This document shows, in pieces, positions 12,908 to 24,394 of a stretch of 64,000 nt of DNA. The DNA is from Piedraia hortae CBS 480.64 (Eukaryota): positions 310,636 through 374,635 of the forward strand of contig MU005960.1 in NCBI GenBank assembly GCA_010093745.1, read 5' to 3'. How positions within the stretch are numbered: the first letter of the stretch is position 1; each line of letters starts with the position of its first letter. Both the position numbers and the translations under genes were made by a program. Below the pieces are notes generated by a model. It was given only the letters and a program-made list of their open reading frames with translations. It did not search any database and was not told the origin of the DNA.

Positions 12908-15434
12908 ATGCCCTGGACGCAGGCCGAGTGGGAAGTGCAAGAACAGCAGGCAAAGGTACAGTCGGCGGTCTGAAAAGCAGCGGTGCTGACGTTTCTAGCT
13001 TGCCAACTCTTACCAGGAGCTTCTCAACGAGTTCGCATCGGCCGAGCTTCACAGTGTCGGCAACTACACGCTCGGCCGGCTGGTCGGCAAGGGTAGCTTC
13101 GGCAAGGTGTACCTGGCCGCGCACAAGCTGACCAACGGCTCCCGCGTCGTGCTCAAGAGTGCGCGCAAAGATGACGGCAACCTCGCCCGCGAGATTCACC
13201 ACCACCGCCAGTTTCTGCACCCGCACATTGCTCGGCTGTACGAGGTGATTGTGACGGAGACGCTGGTCTGGCTGGTGCTCGAGTACTGCCCCGGTGACGA
13301 GCTGTACAACCATCTGCTACAACACGGCCGCATTGAGCCCGCGCGCGTACAGAAGATCTTTACGCAGCTGGTCGGCGCCGTCAGCTATGTGCACTCGAAG
13401 CGTTGCGTGCACCGTGACCTCAAGTTGGAGAACATCCTGCTGGACAAGCACGAAAACGTCAAGCTCGTAGACTTTGGCTTCACGCGCGAGTACCAGGGCT
13501 CGACCAATCACCTGCAGACCTGGTGCGGCACCATCTGCTATGCCGCCCCGGAGATGATCCGCGGCGAGAAGTATGCGGGCGAGAAGGTCGACGTCTGGAG
13601 TCTGGGCGTCATTCTGTATGCACTGCTGTGTGGTGAGTTACCGTTTGATGAAGATGATGATCAGGCCACAAAGGCCCGCATCCTGAAAGAGGAGCCAAAC
13701 TACCCCGACCATCTGCCTCCCCAAGCTCTCACCCTGATCAAGGAGCTCCTAAGCAAGCGGCCGTTGCTGCGGCCCAGTCTCGCCGACATCCTCAAGAACC
13801 CGTGGCTTGCTGAGCATGCGCCGCAGCAGCAGGAGATCCTGAAGCTGCTGCAGCCGCCGCCGTTCAGCACACAAATAGAGCAGGACACGCTGCAGCGCAT
13901 GAAAAGCGCCGGTGTGGACATTGACATGGTTGTCGACCATGTTCTGGCCCAGCGGTGCGATTCCCTGGCCGGCTGGTGGGCGCTGCTTATCGAAAAGGAG
14001 CGGAAGAAGGAGAAACGACGGGAACGCAAACGCAAGGAACGGGAGGCTGACGTCAAAAGCATTAGGCGGCTGAGTGCGGCCAGCAGTAGACTCCTGGCCC
14101 AGACTGCGCTGGACGGTATCCACGAGGAGATGACGTTGGGCCGCCCGTCCAGTCCTCGAGGACGGCGGATGACACGCACCCAGTCTGGTGCAAACGGCTC
14201 ACAGTCGCCGCGGAACATGCAGTTCAACGGCAATGCCGGACGGCGCAAAACGAGCGACTCACGCAGCCGACCGCCGCCGCCGCCCAAGGATTGCACCACC
14301 ACAAACCGGGCAGTGCGTGGCAGGTCACGCGGCAACAGTTTGCTGCGGTACTCGACCGTGAATCCCGATTTGCTGTCGCCAACATATGTCTCTGTGCCGC
14401 AACGTAAGCGTAAGACTTTCTACCAGCAGCCATTGAGAGAACACCTGGCGTGGGTGAAGCATTGGTTCAAGGACAGCACAAAGAGGGCCAGATCGCCACA
14501 TGAGAAATCTGACAGAACCAGTCCGCAGCGCAGTGCGCCAAACACTTCGGATGGACTTGTTTCCGACCCCTCGCGGCCGGTGTCGGGCCCAATGCCTCAA
14601 CATCGCAAGGCCATGGTTGGCCATCGACTTGAAATGACGCCGAGGTCGACTGTGACCGCCAGGCCCCGCCTGAACACCATGTCATCCGCCGGTAGCCAGG
14701 GCAGCGTTCGTGTCAAGCGTTCGAGTCTTAGTCCTGCCCTGACGCCTCACTCTTCCTATCGCGGTCCTCGTGGGCGCAAATCAACTTCTTCGTCCGTCAG
14801 CTCCGTCCGAAGCACATTCCAGGGCCACCACCATTCGCAGTCCAAAGCTAGCAGTACAAGCGGCGCATCGGTGGCCTCCCCCTCCGGAATGTCATCCGCA
14901 TCGGGTTCAAGAATACAGCGATCGCCCCATTCCACAATTAAAGTCCTCCCATCCACACCAACATCCGCAACTTTACCATCTGGCATCCGCATCAACCGTC
15001 GTCCTCTCCCTTCGGGAATTGGGACGCTGTCGGGCTTTACAGAGATGCATAGCGTTTCGGGCCCGTTGGTGGACCCCATGTCCCCTGGCCTACCTGTATT
15101 CGCAAGACGCAAGCGATCCGTCTTCAAAGGGCCCATGGGCGGCTCACCCGCCGGCTTTGGCCGTACGCCGATGGGAATGAGCAGACGCTCAATCTCGATC
15201 AGAAAACGTAGTGGCAATGCTGGCGAGACAGGAATGACGGGAATCACGGAAGACGATGAGGATGAGGACGAAGAGGAAGTAGAAGAGCCGGAGCAAGAGC
15301 AAGAGCCCTTTGGACCGGAACTTGTTCCTGCAAGTGCTTCTCCTCCCGCTTCCCCAGAATTTGTAGATTGTGAAGAGAGGCCAGCAGTGCCACTAACGGC
15401 CGAGGCGTTGGCAAAAATCGAGGCTCAGAATTGA
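12908..15434 (+). CDS. CAMK-like Ser/Thr protein kinase (Ppk16-like)
   Basis: GKGSFGKV, HRDLKLEN, DFG, APE motifs. Intron 12956-12998 (GTACAG..CTGAC..TAG). Long Ser/Arg-rich tail. First exon tentative. Confidence 0.88.
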
Positions 15435-16115
15435 AAGCACATTGGTGTTTGACGTATTCCTTTGGTGACCGTTTTGTAAATATGGAGTGGAGGTCACATC
15501 CTGTACGCTTTTAGAAGAGAGAGTGTAGTGGGAATGGTGGTAGTTTGTTGGTTCTATGGATTTTGCATCAACTAACGATTAGGCTGACGTATTTGCAGCC
15601 TTCACTGCCTTACAAAGTGGGTATACCGTTTCTGGTCTTCAAGCTGCTTGGGGTGCGTCCCCTTAAGCCCATTCAATGACCCAGCCTATATAGATATGAT
15701 CCCACTAAGAAAAGACTAAAGCACACCTAGGTGAACGATTACTGCGTGAACCATGTCGGTCCGAGCCGATGAGCTCATGTACCTCAGCTAGCTCTGTGCC
15801 ACCAAGCCTTCTCATCCGCATAACTTGACGAAAAGACCACATGGTGAAGATCTACGGATTTGAGGGTGCTCTCCTGGTAGTAACGAATCGCATGAGCAAT
15901 TTTACCATATCGCACCTGCAAAGTTGAACCAGATGGTTCACACAAGGCCTTCAACCTATCGGACACATTTTTGCTAACCTTGTGCTAATCCGCCTCTCTC
16001 CGGGCGTCCTCTATGTATGCATTATGATGAGCATGCCGCTATCCGTTCCTATCAAGAGAGAATAGAATACTGGCAAACGTTCAATAAGCAGTCTTGTTTT
16101 GGAGTTTGGAACATT

Positions 16116-16787
16116 TGTCAGAAGGATGTGGCACCCACCATGACCAGAACCTTAGATAGAAGTCGAAACTTCTCAGGGTCTTTACCTCTATAGAGGAAGT
16201 TTTCCCTGAGACGGGTCATTGTCTCGTTCATGCTTAAGGGCATAGTTCGCTGACGTTGTCTTTGTTGGATTCAAGCATCGCCGCTAGCGCGTATGCAGGG
16301 CACTTGCATAGCAAGTCAGCGATACCTCCTACACTACCAGCTGCACCCTAGGTTTTTCCCTCAAAGAGGTTTTCCCTCAGGGTCATGTCATATGTGACAT
16401 GGTGAATACGCCCCGCTAGTGTACGACATGACGTCACCGGCCCACCGGCACAGAATATTTATTCTGACGTCCCCTTACAGAAAAATAATAGTCATTCACA
16501 TTACCATGCTGCAACTGGTATTTGACTCACATACATCTACATCTTTCCTGTCCCTGATTCTGTCTATCGCTCCGTCCTCTTCGGGTCGCTGTGCACTCTC
16601 ACCCACGAGAGCCAAAATCTCTACAGTCTTGGCGAATGCGGTTAGACTGAGGTAGTGTGGAAAGGTTTCGAACCTCACCTCAACATAGGGATAGACATCT
16701 ACATTCACCTTACGGTCAAAGTGGAGTGCACACATTTGTCGTTTATCTACGTTCCGCTTTAGTCCTCTGAGGTTCACCGCTCTGACA
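16116..16787 (+). mobile_element. Solo LTR family C (about 305 bp) with a family A LTR nested inside
   Basis: TGTCAG..CTGACA termini. After removing the nested A copy it is colinear with the reverse complement of 31522-31826. No TSD. Confidence 0.8.
16263..16625 (+). mobile_element. Solo LTR family A
   Basis: TGTTGG..CTACA termini, perfect TSD GTCTT, four related copies in the window. Confidence 0.9.
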
Positions 16788-16992
16788 CGTGGTCACGTCG
16801 CAGGATGTCGTCAAGGCGAATGCGGTTCTGATCGTGCCGTGATATGGGGCAGTCTTGGCACAGATGTCTTCATCGGGTTCCATCTCATCCATGGTGATGG
16901 ACATCTACATTCATGGCATACGTACACGGTAGTCCGTTCCACTTTTCATCAATATCGGAGTGATGTGAGGGGAATCCTCTCCCCTTCCGATA
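16788..16992 (+). mobile_element. Truncated D-like LTR (3' part only)
   Basis: Matches 29586-29777 at both ends (cgtggt..ggcgaatgcgg; gatgtgag..ccttccgata). The 5' part is missing. Confidence 0.65.
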
Positions 16993-17483
16993 GTCATGAG
17001 CCTGGAGAGCTTCACCTCCAATGGAGGCGAAATAAGCTTCTATCAAAGCGGAATACCGGGGTCGAAATTCTTCATCCACTCACCCACCTGCATACAAGCT
17101 CCAAACTCACCGGATTCTTTCAAGCGCCCGACGCGCACTAAATTCCAGGTAAAAACATCTCATTATACAGAATGTTCATTTTGGACTCCAATTTTCACTC
17201 AGGGTAAGTGGCTGTGCACCGAATTTTGAGGGTAAACTAATCTTTCAGAGCTGCCTACGCTCCACAAGCACTCCACATTCCGCAATAATTCGTTGCGCTG
17301 TTAATCCGCCGGGGCCTGCATCCGTGCTGGCAATCGCGTTGGAGGGCTAAGCATTGTCACGGTCAAGTGTGACTTTATGTTTTGTTATGCGTGAACACTA
17401 CACTGTGACGGACAAGCGTCCCACTTGAGATATTCAAAGTGCGCACTCTACTGCTTCCCTTTTCCAACACTGCTTTCCTCAAC

Positions 17484-19648
17484 ATGGGCCACGGACCTAT
17501 TAAGGGGGGAATAATCTTTTATGAACAAGTCACAATGAATGGGTCCATTCCCAAAACAAGATGGGCGCACTCTTGTGAAAACAGAGTATTAGGGCCTGGA
17601 ATGGAGTTCCGGAGTCAGGCTTATATCGAACAGATGGCAAGGATTGAAATGAAGAGAAGGGCCGAAGAAGAGGAACTAGAACCGCTGAAAAAGAGGCTCC
17701 TGATAAACTGTCTGCTCTGTTGTGCAGGTCGCCACGGAGCGATCCGCAGGTGATAACCCACATCCCAGACCAGGGTTCGAGTACTCAGAAATTTTCTTGT
17801 GTAGCTCTTGATACGCGTATATACTGACACACCTGTGAGGTGCCGCTGCTTACTAGAACATGCTCTCACAATCTGGCCCGACGTTTGGCTGCGCTACCCC
17901 AAAGCGTTCGAAGACGCCGGTGCGGCCTGCACAGCATTCGAGGCATAATTTTGCAAAGAGCATGCAGAATTTCATCCAGACGCCGCATTTTTTGGCTGAG
18001 CAGTCTTTGCAGCAACTGTCCAAAACGCCCCAAGGCTCCGTGCTTCCCGACAGCCAGGCAAAACAGCGTAAACCCTCTTGCGAGAAGTTGGTTTCTCGAC
18101 TCTCCCAACGAGAGCCCGCTACCGCGCAACCTGGCAAGAAGCGACCTCTTAAGACGTGCGAAGGGCCAAAGGAGCTGGAGCGCCGTGTAAGATCGTGCAT
18201 GAAAGAGTCTGCCGACCAAAATGTGCAGGCTAAAGTACCAGCCCAGGGCCTAAATGAAAGATATCGTTGTGAAATGCCTGCTACGCCTCAACATAATGGG
18301 TTGTGTCCCTTCCATATGGCTCATCTTGCTTATTACCTTGAAAAGTTAATGGCACAGGTCGCCACCTCACCAGCACAGCAGCAAAAGGGGATATGTCCAT
18401 CCCAGCAGCATCCAAAGGCAACGGCACGAGTAGTAAGCTCCACGAAAGCTGAGCAGCAAATTGGGATGTGTCAGTTCCAGCCAGCTTGCATCTTCCAGCG
18501 AAAGCCACCCCTTAAAAGACAGCTACCTATGACCACGTCTGCCCAGCAACGCGAAGAAACCCGCACAACAAAATACAAACCACCACAAAATCCTTGCAAT
18601 GAGCTGCTGGGGCGTGTTATCTCACTCACACAGATACCTGCTGGGTGTCATTACGTGGCAACTTCTCAGCAGACTCCTCACCTGCACCAATACGGAGGAT
18701 TGCTTACCCAGGTCGCTCATATGAAACCAGGGTCGCAGACTCATACCTAGCATCAATACGGCGCAAACTATCAGCAGCTAGTCGGAACGCCGCAGACACC
18801 TCATGCCATGCCAGCCAGTTATCAAACCTGGGCAACACACAACCACGTATCTCAAGTCCTTCGACAGAACCAAACTCAGCCCCCCCCCTTCAAGCCGGGT
18901 ATCCCAAACCTCGTGCTGCACAGGATGCACAGGCGAACGATTCCTTGCGTCAGCAGAGACAATGCCGGTAACTCCTCAACATGCCCGAGTACAAATACCT
19001 TCTCAACCCAGGTATCCCATTCCTCGGCTGCTGGGCCAAACGCATATGGCTGCGCAACAGCAGCTTGGGAACGCTCCTCAGGCAGCGCAGTCGCAGTTCC
19101 ATGGCAGGGCTCACACGCCGCTGGTGCAGGCACAGATGCCCATCTCTCAGGTGACATATGCAATTCAGATTCGTTCACAACCTCAGATGCAGCAGCATAT
19201 TTAGGCGCTGGCCCTGCCTCAGAATGAGATTCGTATGCGCCAGACACAGGGACTGCCACAGAACGGAGTCCATTTGCACCAGGCACAGAGGCTACCTTCG
19301 AATGGCGCCCGCATGCCTCAAATGCAGCAAACCGAAGCGCAGGTCCCATTACAAAATGATTTTCACATGCACCGGATGCAGAAACAGCCCCAGAATGGCA
19401 CCCGCCTGCTGAGCGGAATGCCAGCAGGGATTTACTACCACCGAGTAACTCGTCAGATCCAAGCACCTCAGATCTATCCCGGAGGATATGTTCACGGAGT
19501 GGCCCCGACGAATAACTACCAAAGGGGAAAGTTTCACCCTTCCATACGCCAGAATGCTTACAAAGGAGTACCTTGCGTGAGAACGTGCAAGCGGATAAGT
19601 GAGCTTGATGGGGCCTGGGGGTGTTTTTTTTTCCCTTGTGTATTATGA
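17484..19648 (+). pseudogene. Orphan Q/P-rich family, copy 1 (LTR-disrupted, nonsense codons)
   Basis: FYEQVTMNGSIPKTRWAH..QAYIEQ..KKRLL. Removing LTR E and one TSD joins ORF 17439-17753 in frame to ORF 17860-18750. Further Q-rich segments follow TAG stops at 18748 and 19202. Confidence 0.75.
17718..17860 (+). mobile_element. Short solo LTR family E (143 bp)
   Basis: TGTT..AACA termini, perfect TSD TGCTC. Confidence 0.88.
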
Positions 19649-20217
19649 TTGCCTTTGCAATAGTCGTCTGAGCGTAGAGTAAGCTTGGCTCAAGCATAGA
19701 AGCCAGTAGAATGAAGCTTTAACACCATTATTTTGAATGGGCTCTACGTATGCGTTATGATGAACATGTTCATGCTGTCCGTTAATATCAGGAGGATGAA
19801 TTATACTGACGAAAGCTCCATAAACTCTCCTCTTTTGGACTGTTGGTGATTGCAAGCTCGGCTATGAGAGGAGGGAGTCGATTTTCCTCACTTGCACACC
19901 TCCAGACTCGCTTCAAATCCACCGGGATATTGCAAGGTCTTCTCACCTTCATCACATTTCCCGCTATCTCACCATTCATACTTTGGGATCCCATTGTTGC
20001 TCGATGTAATGCTCGTGCACCCCATGTTTAGCGTAGACTAATTTTTATTTTTTTTAGGTACGACTAGTTACGCTCAATAAGAATCTTGTTCTCGGAAGAG
20101 ATTGGTCATATTGTCAAGTCGCCTGAATTTGTATGCACATTGGTGTCCACGTTGGATAGTTAGAACATTGTTAAGATCAAGTGCCATTGCAATTGTGTCG
20201 TAACATGGTGTGTGAAC

Positions 20218-20361
20218 TGTTTGTGCAGGTCGCCTTGGAGTGATCTGCACGTGATGACCCACCCCCCTAACCAGGGTTCCCGCAACTAAGAATTTTCTCA
20301 GGTAGTCCTAGATACGCGTGTATACGGACACATCTGCGAGGTGCCGCTGCTTATTAGAACA
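20218..20361 (+). mobile_element. Short solo LTR family E (144 bp)
   Basis: TGTT..AACA termini, perfect TSD TGAAC. Splits the conserved upstream region of Q/P family copy 2. Confidence 0.88.
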
Positions 20362-20457
20362 TGAACAATACATTATGACGCAATCCAGACTTGATATAAT
20401 TAGGGCGCCCTCTGCCCTTCTTCCTTCTTCCTTCTCCAAAGACCACTTCATTAAGTT

Positions 20458-20998
20458 ATGGACAACACACCTATGAAACGGAAGATTGTTCATTATCAAC
20501 ATATAACCCCAGACGGGTTGATCCCCAAAACAATCTGGGCGCACGTGGTTGAAAACGTTGGGCCATGGAGTACACTGGACGAGGATTACTATCGAGGAAC
20601 GGGTTAAGGACTTCAAGGCCAAGGATGCCGCAAGGTGTCTCATGGGGTCACAGCAGGCCAATGGCTTGCGCCCACGTCTAACACCCCAGCCGTTGATGGC
20701 TCAGACGGTGCATCCGCACGCCCAACCGGCCGTGCCGGCAGCCACGGTCACGCTTGCCCAGCAGCAAAATGCGGCCCTTGCACACTCAACTGCCTGCATA
20801 ATGCAGTACGTAGCATCACAGGATCTGTTTGCCCAGCTGCGACGCGTCCATTTGAAGGAACCGCTAAAGAGCGGGATCCACCCACAACAAGTACAACTAC
20901 AGAGTAGCGCACTCCTGCAGCAGGGCATGACAGAGAATTACGATTATGCAGTCATTCACCATGGAGGATTGCGTCATCCTTCTATTCGCGAAAGTTGA
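20458..20998 (+). pseudogene. Orphan Q/P-rich family, copy 2 (frameshifted, internally deleted)
   Basis: MDNTPMKRK start and IPKTIWAH align with the other copies. HPHAQPAVPAATVTLAQQ..IMQY matches copy 3 QPYTQPATQVATITPAQQ..IMQY. Confidence 0.7.
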
Positions 20999-21237
20999 TT
21001 CGACTATATGTTTAGTGCAAAGAGAAATGTGAGAAAGGGCACAGGACTAGTCTGTTGAAGGGATCGGGGTGGATTTGGAAACTCCGTTGGGGTAGTTTTG
21101 TTCTTGTGATTGCTTTCGCAATGGTCGTTTGAGCGTTGAGACGAAAGAATGAGGTTTCTAGTACCTTTTTTCTGGACCCATCACATGCTCGCTTTTGTAG
21201 TAGTGGTCCTTGATGCGGTTGACCTAGTTCCTTCAAC

Positions 21238-21465
21238 TGTTACGGCGAGGCTGTGTGTGCGCGGGACGACCCGCGCCGCCTAAGCGCACAGGGAATTTGA
21301 TGCACCGACGCGCCCTGCTAGTTATTCATAGCTATGCTCGCTACCACGCGCGAATGGATGGCGCTTCTGGATTGATTTATAGTATCCTAGCATCCCAGTA
21401 GATAGCAGTTTGGATTGTCCTCGTTGTGGGGACTTATTGAACCTTTTCCTCTGAGCACCGTAACA
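21238..21465 (+). mobile_element. Solo LTR family B (228 bp)
   Basis: TGTTACGG..CCGTAACA inverted termini, TSD TCAAC/CCAAC with one transition, inverted near-identical copy at 62248-62475. Confidence 0.9.
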
Positions 21466-21504
21466 CCAACTGAGCCTAATAATCCGCGTAATCCAACAAC
21501 AAGG

Positions 21505-22129
21505 TCACCAGATGAAGATTTGCCGGTATGAAGATGTCCTCCTGATGGTGTTGGATAACATGAGCATTTCATTACATTGTATACGTGGAGTCGAAGCAGA
21601 TGGTTCAAACGAAGCGTTTTGACGCATTTCTTTCTGGCCAAAGCGCAAAAACCCCTTTCCGGATGACCTAAACGCACTCTGATGCCACAAATTGCTATTG
21701 CTATCACACTGGCAAATGTTCAGTCGATAGCCTTTTGAAATAGAGAGGTTTAGACGCTCAATTGCGGAAATCATTACTGATACACTTAAGTCCTGTCATA
21801 CTGGCGCACTGATTTCTTGTAGGTATGTTATCTTCCATTTGATTGCAACCTCGATGCGATGTTGTATTTGTAGGTCTTATTCTGTGTACGGTTGTCCTAA
21901 CGCACTGGGGCGTGAACCGGACTTCGTTCAGTAAAGCAGAACACACAATTTCAACGAAAATCAAGACTCCACACTCACACGGCTTTGTATTCGCTTCAAA
22001 ACCACCAGAAAGGCGCAAGCTCCAGGCGGGCACCAGATCCTCGTGAAAGAATTTCTTTGTGTAAGATGTATAGTTTGAAATTTCACCGTTGCTCGAGATA
22101 ATTGCTGTGCGTTCCATATTTAGCGTCAA
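21505..22129 (-). pseudogene. Cassette gene X, second copy
   Basis: Colinear with 15840-16115 plus 16993-17280. Broken into ORFs 21505-21774 and 21758-22129. Confidence 0.4.
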
Positions 22130-22375
22130 TTAAGTTCTCTCTAGCCTACCTACGCCCCACAATCACTTCGCTCACTACGAGGATTTATAGCGTTGTCCAG
22201 TCGATCGGCAACTGGCGCATGTTGATGTCTTTCGCGTATGGTTAAAACATTGTTACGGCCAAGTGTCACAGTGTATTTTGTTGTGTAAACAATGCACTAT
22301 GACGCCACCCACACCTGGTATAACTGGAGCGCTCTCTCTCATTCCCCTAATCTTAAAGACACCACACGCTACCTA

Positions 22376-23470
22376 ATGAACTACACACCTATGGAAAGGA
22401 GAGTAACTTTTTATCAGCAGGTCACAAATGATGGCAACATAACTAAAACTATATGGGCCCATTTTGACAGCGATGGAGAACTGGGTTATGGTGTGGAGGT
22501 CCCCAATCAAGCCTATATTGAACAAAAAACGAGGACCAATATCAACAAGAGGGCCAAAGACCTCGAGATCCAAGACATTGAAAAAAAGCTCCTGGGAGCA
22601 TTGGATGTTGCGTCACATCTCTGGTCGGCATTTGGCCACGCTGCCCCAGAGCCTCCGAAGACGCCAGTGCACTCTACCGAGCATTCAGGACAATTGCCTG
22701 AGCAGTATTCGCACGATATGTCCCCGGCACATCGATTGTCTGTACTGGCAGTTCAGCGCACGCACCCTCATCAACCCTCTCCGTTGCATTCAAGCATTCA
22801 GCCTCTGCAACAGCAGGTGGGTACTGCGCATATTGGTGTGAAGCGACCTCGGGAGGCGCATGAAGGGCCAAATGACTGCGAGCGCCGCGTTAAGCCTCGT
22901 ATGGAAGAGTGTACATATCAAAACGCACATGTACAGGCGCCAGCCCAGCGCCAGGCTGCTGCAACACCTCAGCTCAAGCGTGCCGACAACATCTTGAATC
23001 AAGTGGAAAGCCTCAGCAATCCAGGTGGCCCTCAACAATTGCAAGCAGCCACGCGTCCAACTGAGGTTCAAGCATGTCCCACACCACGTCCGCGGAGAGC
23101 GACGCAAACGCCAACGCCAATATTCAGTCAGCGACATGGTGGGATGTTCTCCTTCCAGATGACTCGGATGCCTCAGAGATTTAACCGTTCGACAGCGCAG
23201 ATAGGCACTTCCACGCCTTCACAGCACGGAAGTGGGATACACGCATCCCAGGCAGCGCGCACCGTTCAGCCATACACGCAACCGGCGACTCAGGTAGCAA
23301 CCATCACACCTGCTCAGCAGCGTGCGCAGCGAGCAGCCCGAATCATGCAGTACACACAACGTATCTCTGCTCAACCCGTCCTTCGACCGCATGATATCCT
23401 GGGTATGTCATTACCTCAAAACGTTGCCCGCCCGCCGCAAGCAATGGCGGTAACTCGGGCTGGGAATTAA
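22376..23470 (+). CDS. Orphan Q/P-rich family, copy 3 (open frame)
   Basis: N-terminal domain FYQQVTNDGNITKTIWAHF..EVPNQAYIEQK..IEKKLLGALDV plus Q/P/A-rich tail. Start chosen by alignment with paralogs (ORF opens at 22292). Confidence 0.7.
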   Translation: MNYTPMERRVTFYQQVTNDGNITKTIWAHFDSDGELGYGVEVPNQAYIEQKTRTNINKRAKDLEIQDIEKKLLGALDVASHLWSAFGHAAPEPPKTPVHSTEHSGQLPEQYSHDMSPAHRLSVLAVQRTHPHQPSPLHSSIQPLQQQVGTAHIGVKRPREAHEGPNDCERRVKPRMEECTYQNAHVQAPAQRQAAATPQLKRADNILNQVESLSNPGGPQQLQAATRPTEVQACPTPRPRRATQTPTPIFSQRHGGMFSFQMTRMPQRFNRSTAQIGTSTPSQHGSGIHASQAARTVQPYTQPATQVATITPAQQRAQRAARIMQYTQRISAQPVLRPHDILGMSLPQNVARPPQAMAVTRAGN

Positions 23471-24394
23471 TGTCATGGAGTGACACCCAAGGCCCAAGTA
23501 CCTCACGACTCTCGCGGAAGGAATGCCCAAGCAACTGTACCTGCACATAGCTACTGCCGCGAGGAGATGCCACACTCGTCTGCACACAACAATTAAGTCT
23601 GCGAGGAACTCGGCTTGAGAAGATGCAATCGATAGGGCGTTTGAATAGAATGACTCATAACATGTTTTGCATTTCAATATTGATTTGGATACGTGCTCTG
23701 TCAGTTCAGGAATCAAAGATGCCAGGAACCTCAGCCTAGTAGTCTTGTAATCGAGGACAACAGGTTTATACACAGGCAAGCCTGGCTCTTATCTCTGCTA
23801 CAATAGACACTTCCCACCAATAAGGATTCTACGTTTCATGGCTGCGATCTTGAAAATGAAAATTGGTATCGTTGTTAACCCTCCGCGGCTAGATGCAGCG
23901 GGTTCTTTATATATGGGGCGGCGTATTGTGCTAGACCGATCTACTACATCAGGTTCAGCTTTAGATAGGTATGCCGTGAATTCTATGAATCTATCCGGGA
24001 ACTCTGGGTTGGAAGCAGGGCAGGGTTGAATGTACAAAGAGCTAAAAATTGTTGACAGGGATATAAGGATCTCTCTGACCTTCAGCCGTCACAGTAGCAT
24101 TTGACTCAGACAGCTACTTCGTCAACGGCTTCCCAGTAGCGGCGTGGATCCCTTGGCCTAATTATCGGGAACAACCCAATGAATAAAATGACATGTTTAA
24201 CAAAAGAGGAAGGGATACAAACCTGAAAAGCACAACCTGTATGCACGGGCCACCATCGATGGCTGAGGACGGTGCCGGTTTGCCGAACTGTAACATGTAT
24301 TATATGCGCACGACGCATTTGAACACCCTTGTTTATCACCAAAAACACCCAAACCCAGCTCTTGCTTTTGCTCTCCCACATCCACACCGACAAA

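Larger units (their letters stand above)
15784..17230 (-). pseudogene. Cassette gene X, copy 1 (unknown function; interrupted by an LTR nest)
   Basis: DNA and peptide similarity to 21505-22129 (EPSGSTLQVRYG vs EPSASTPRIQCN). Split by 16116-16992. Strand inferred from short ORFs. Confidence 0.4.

Noticed and set aside
13700..15247. Long antisense or alternate-frame ORFs over the kinase, and similar ones over GAP1 and TBC
   Set aside because: Shadow ORFs expected from GC-rich codon usage, with no recognisable motifs.
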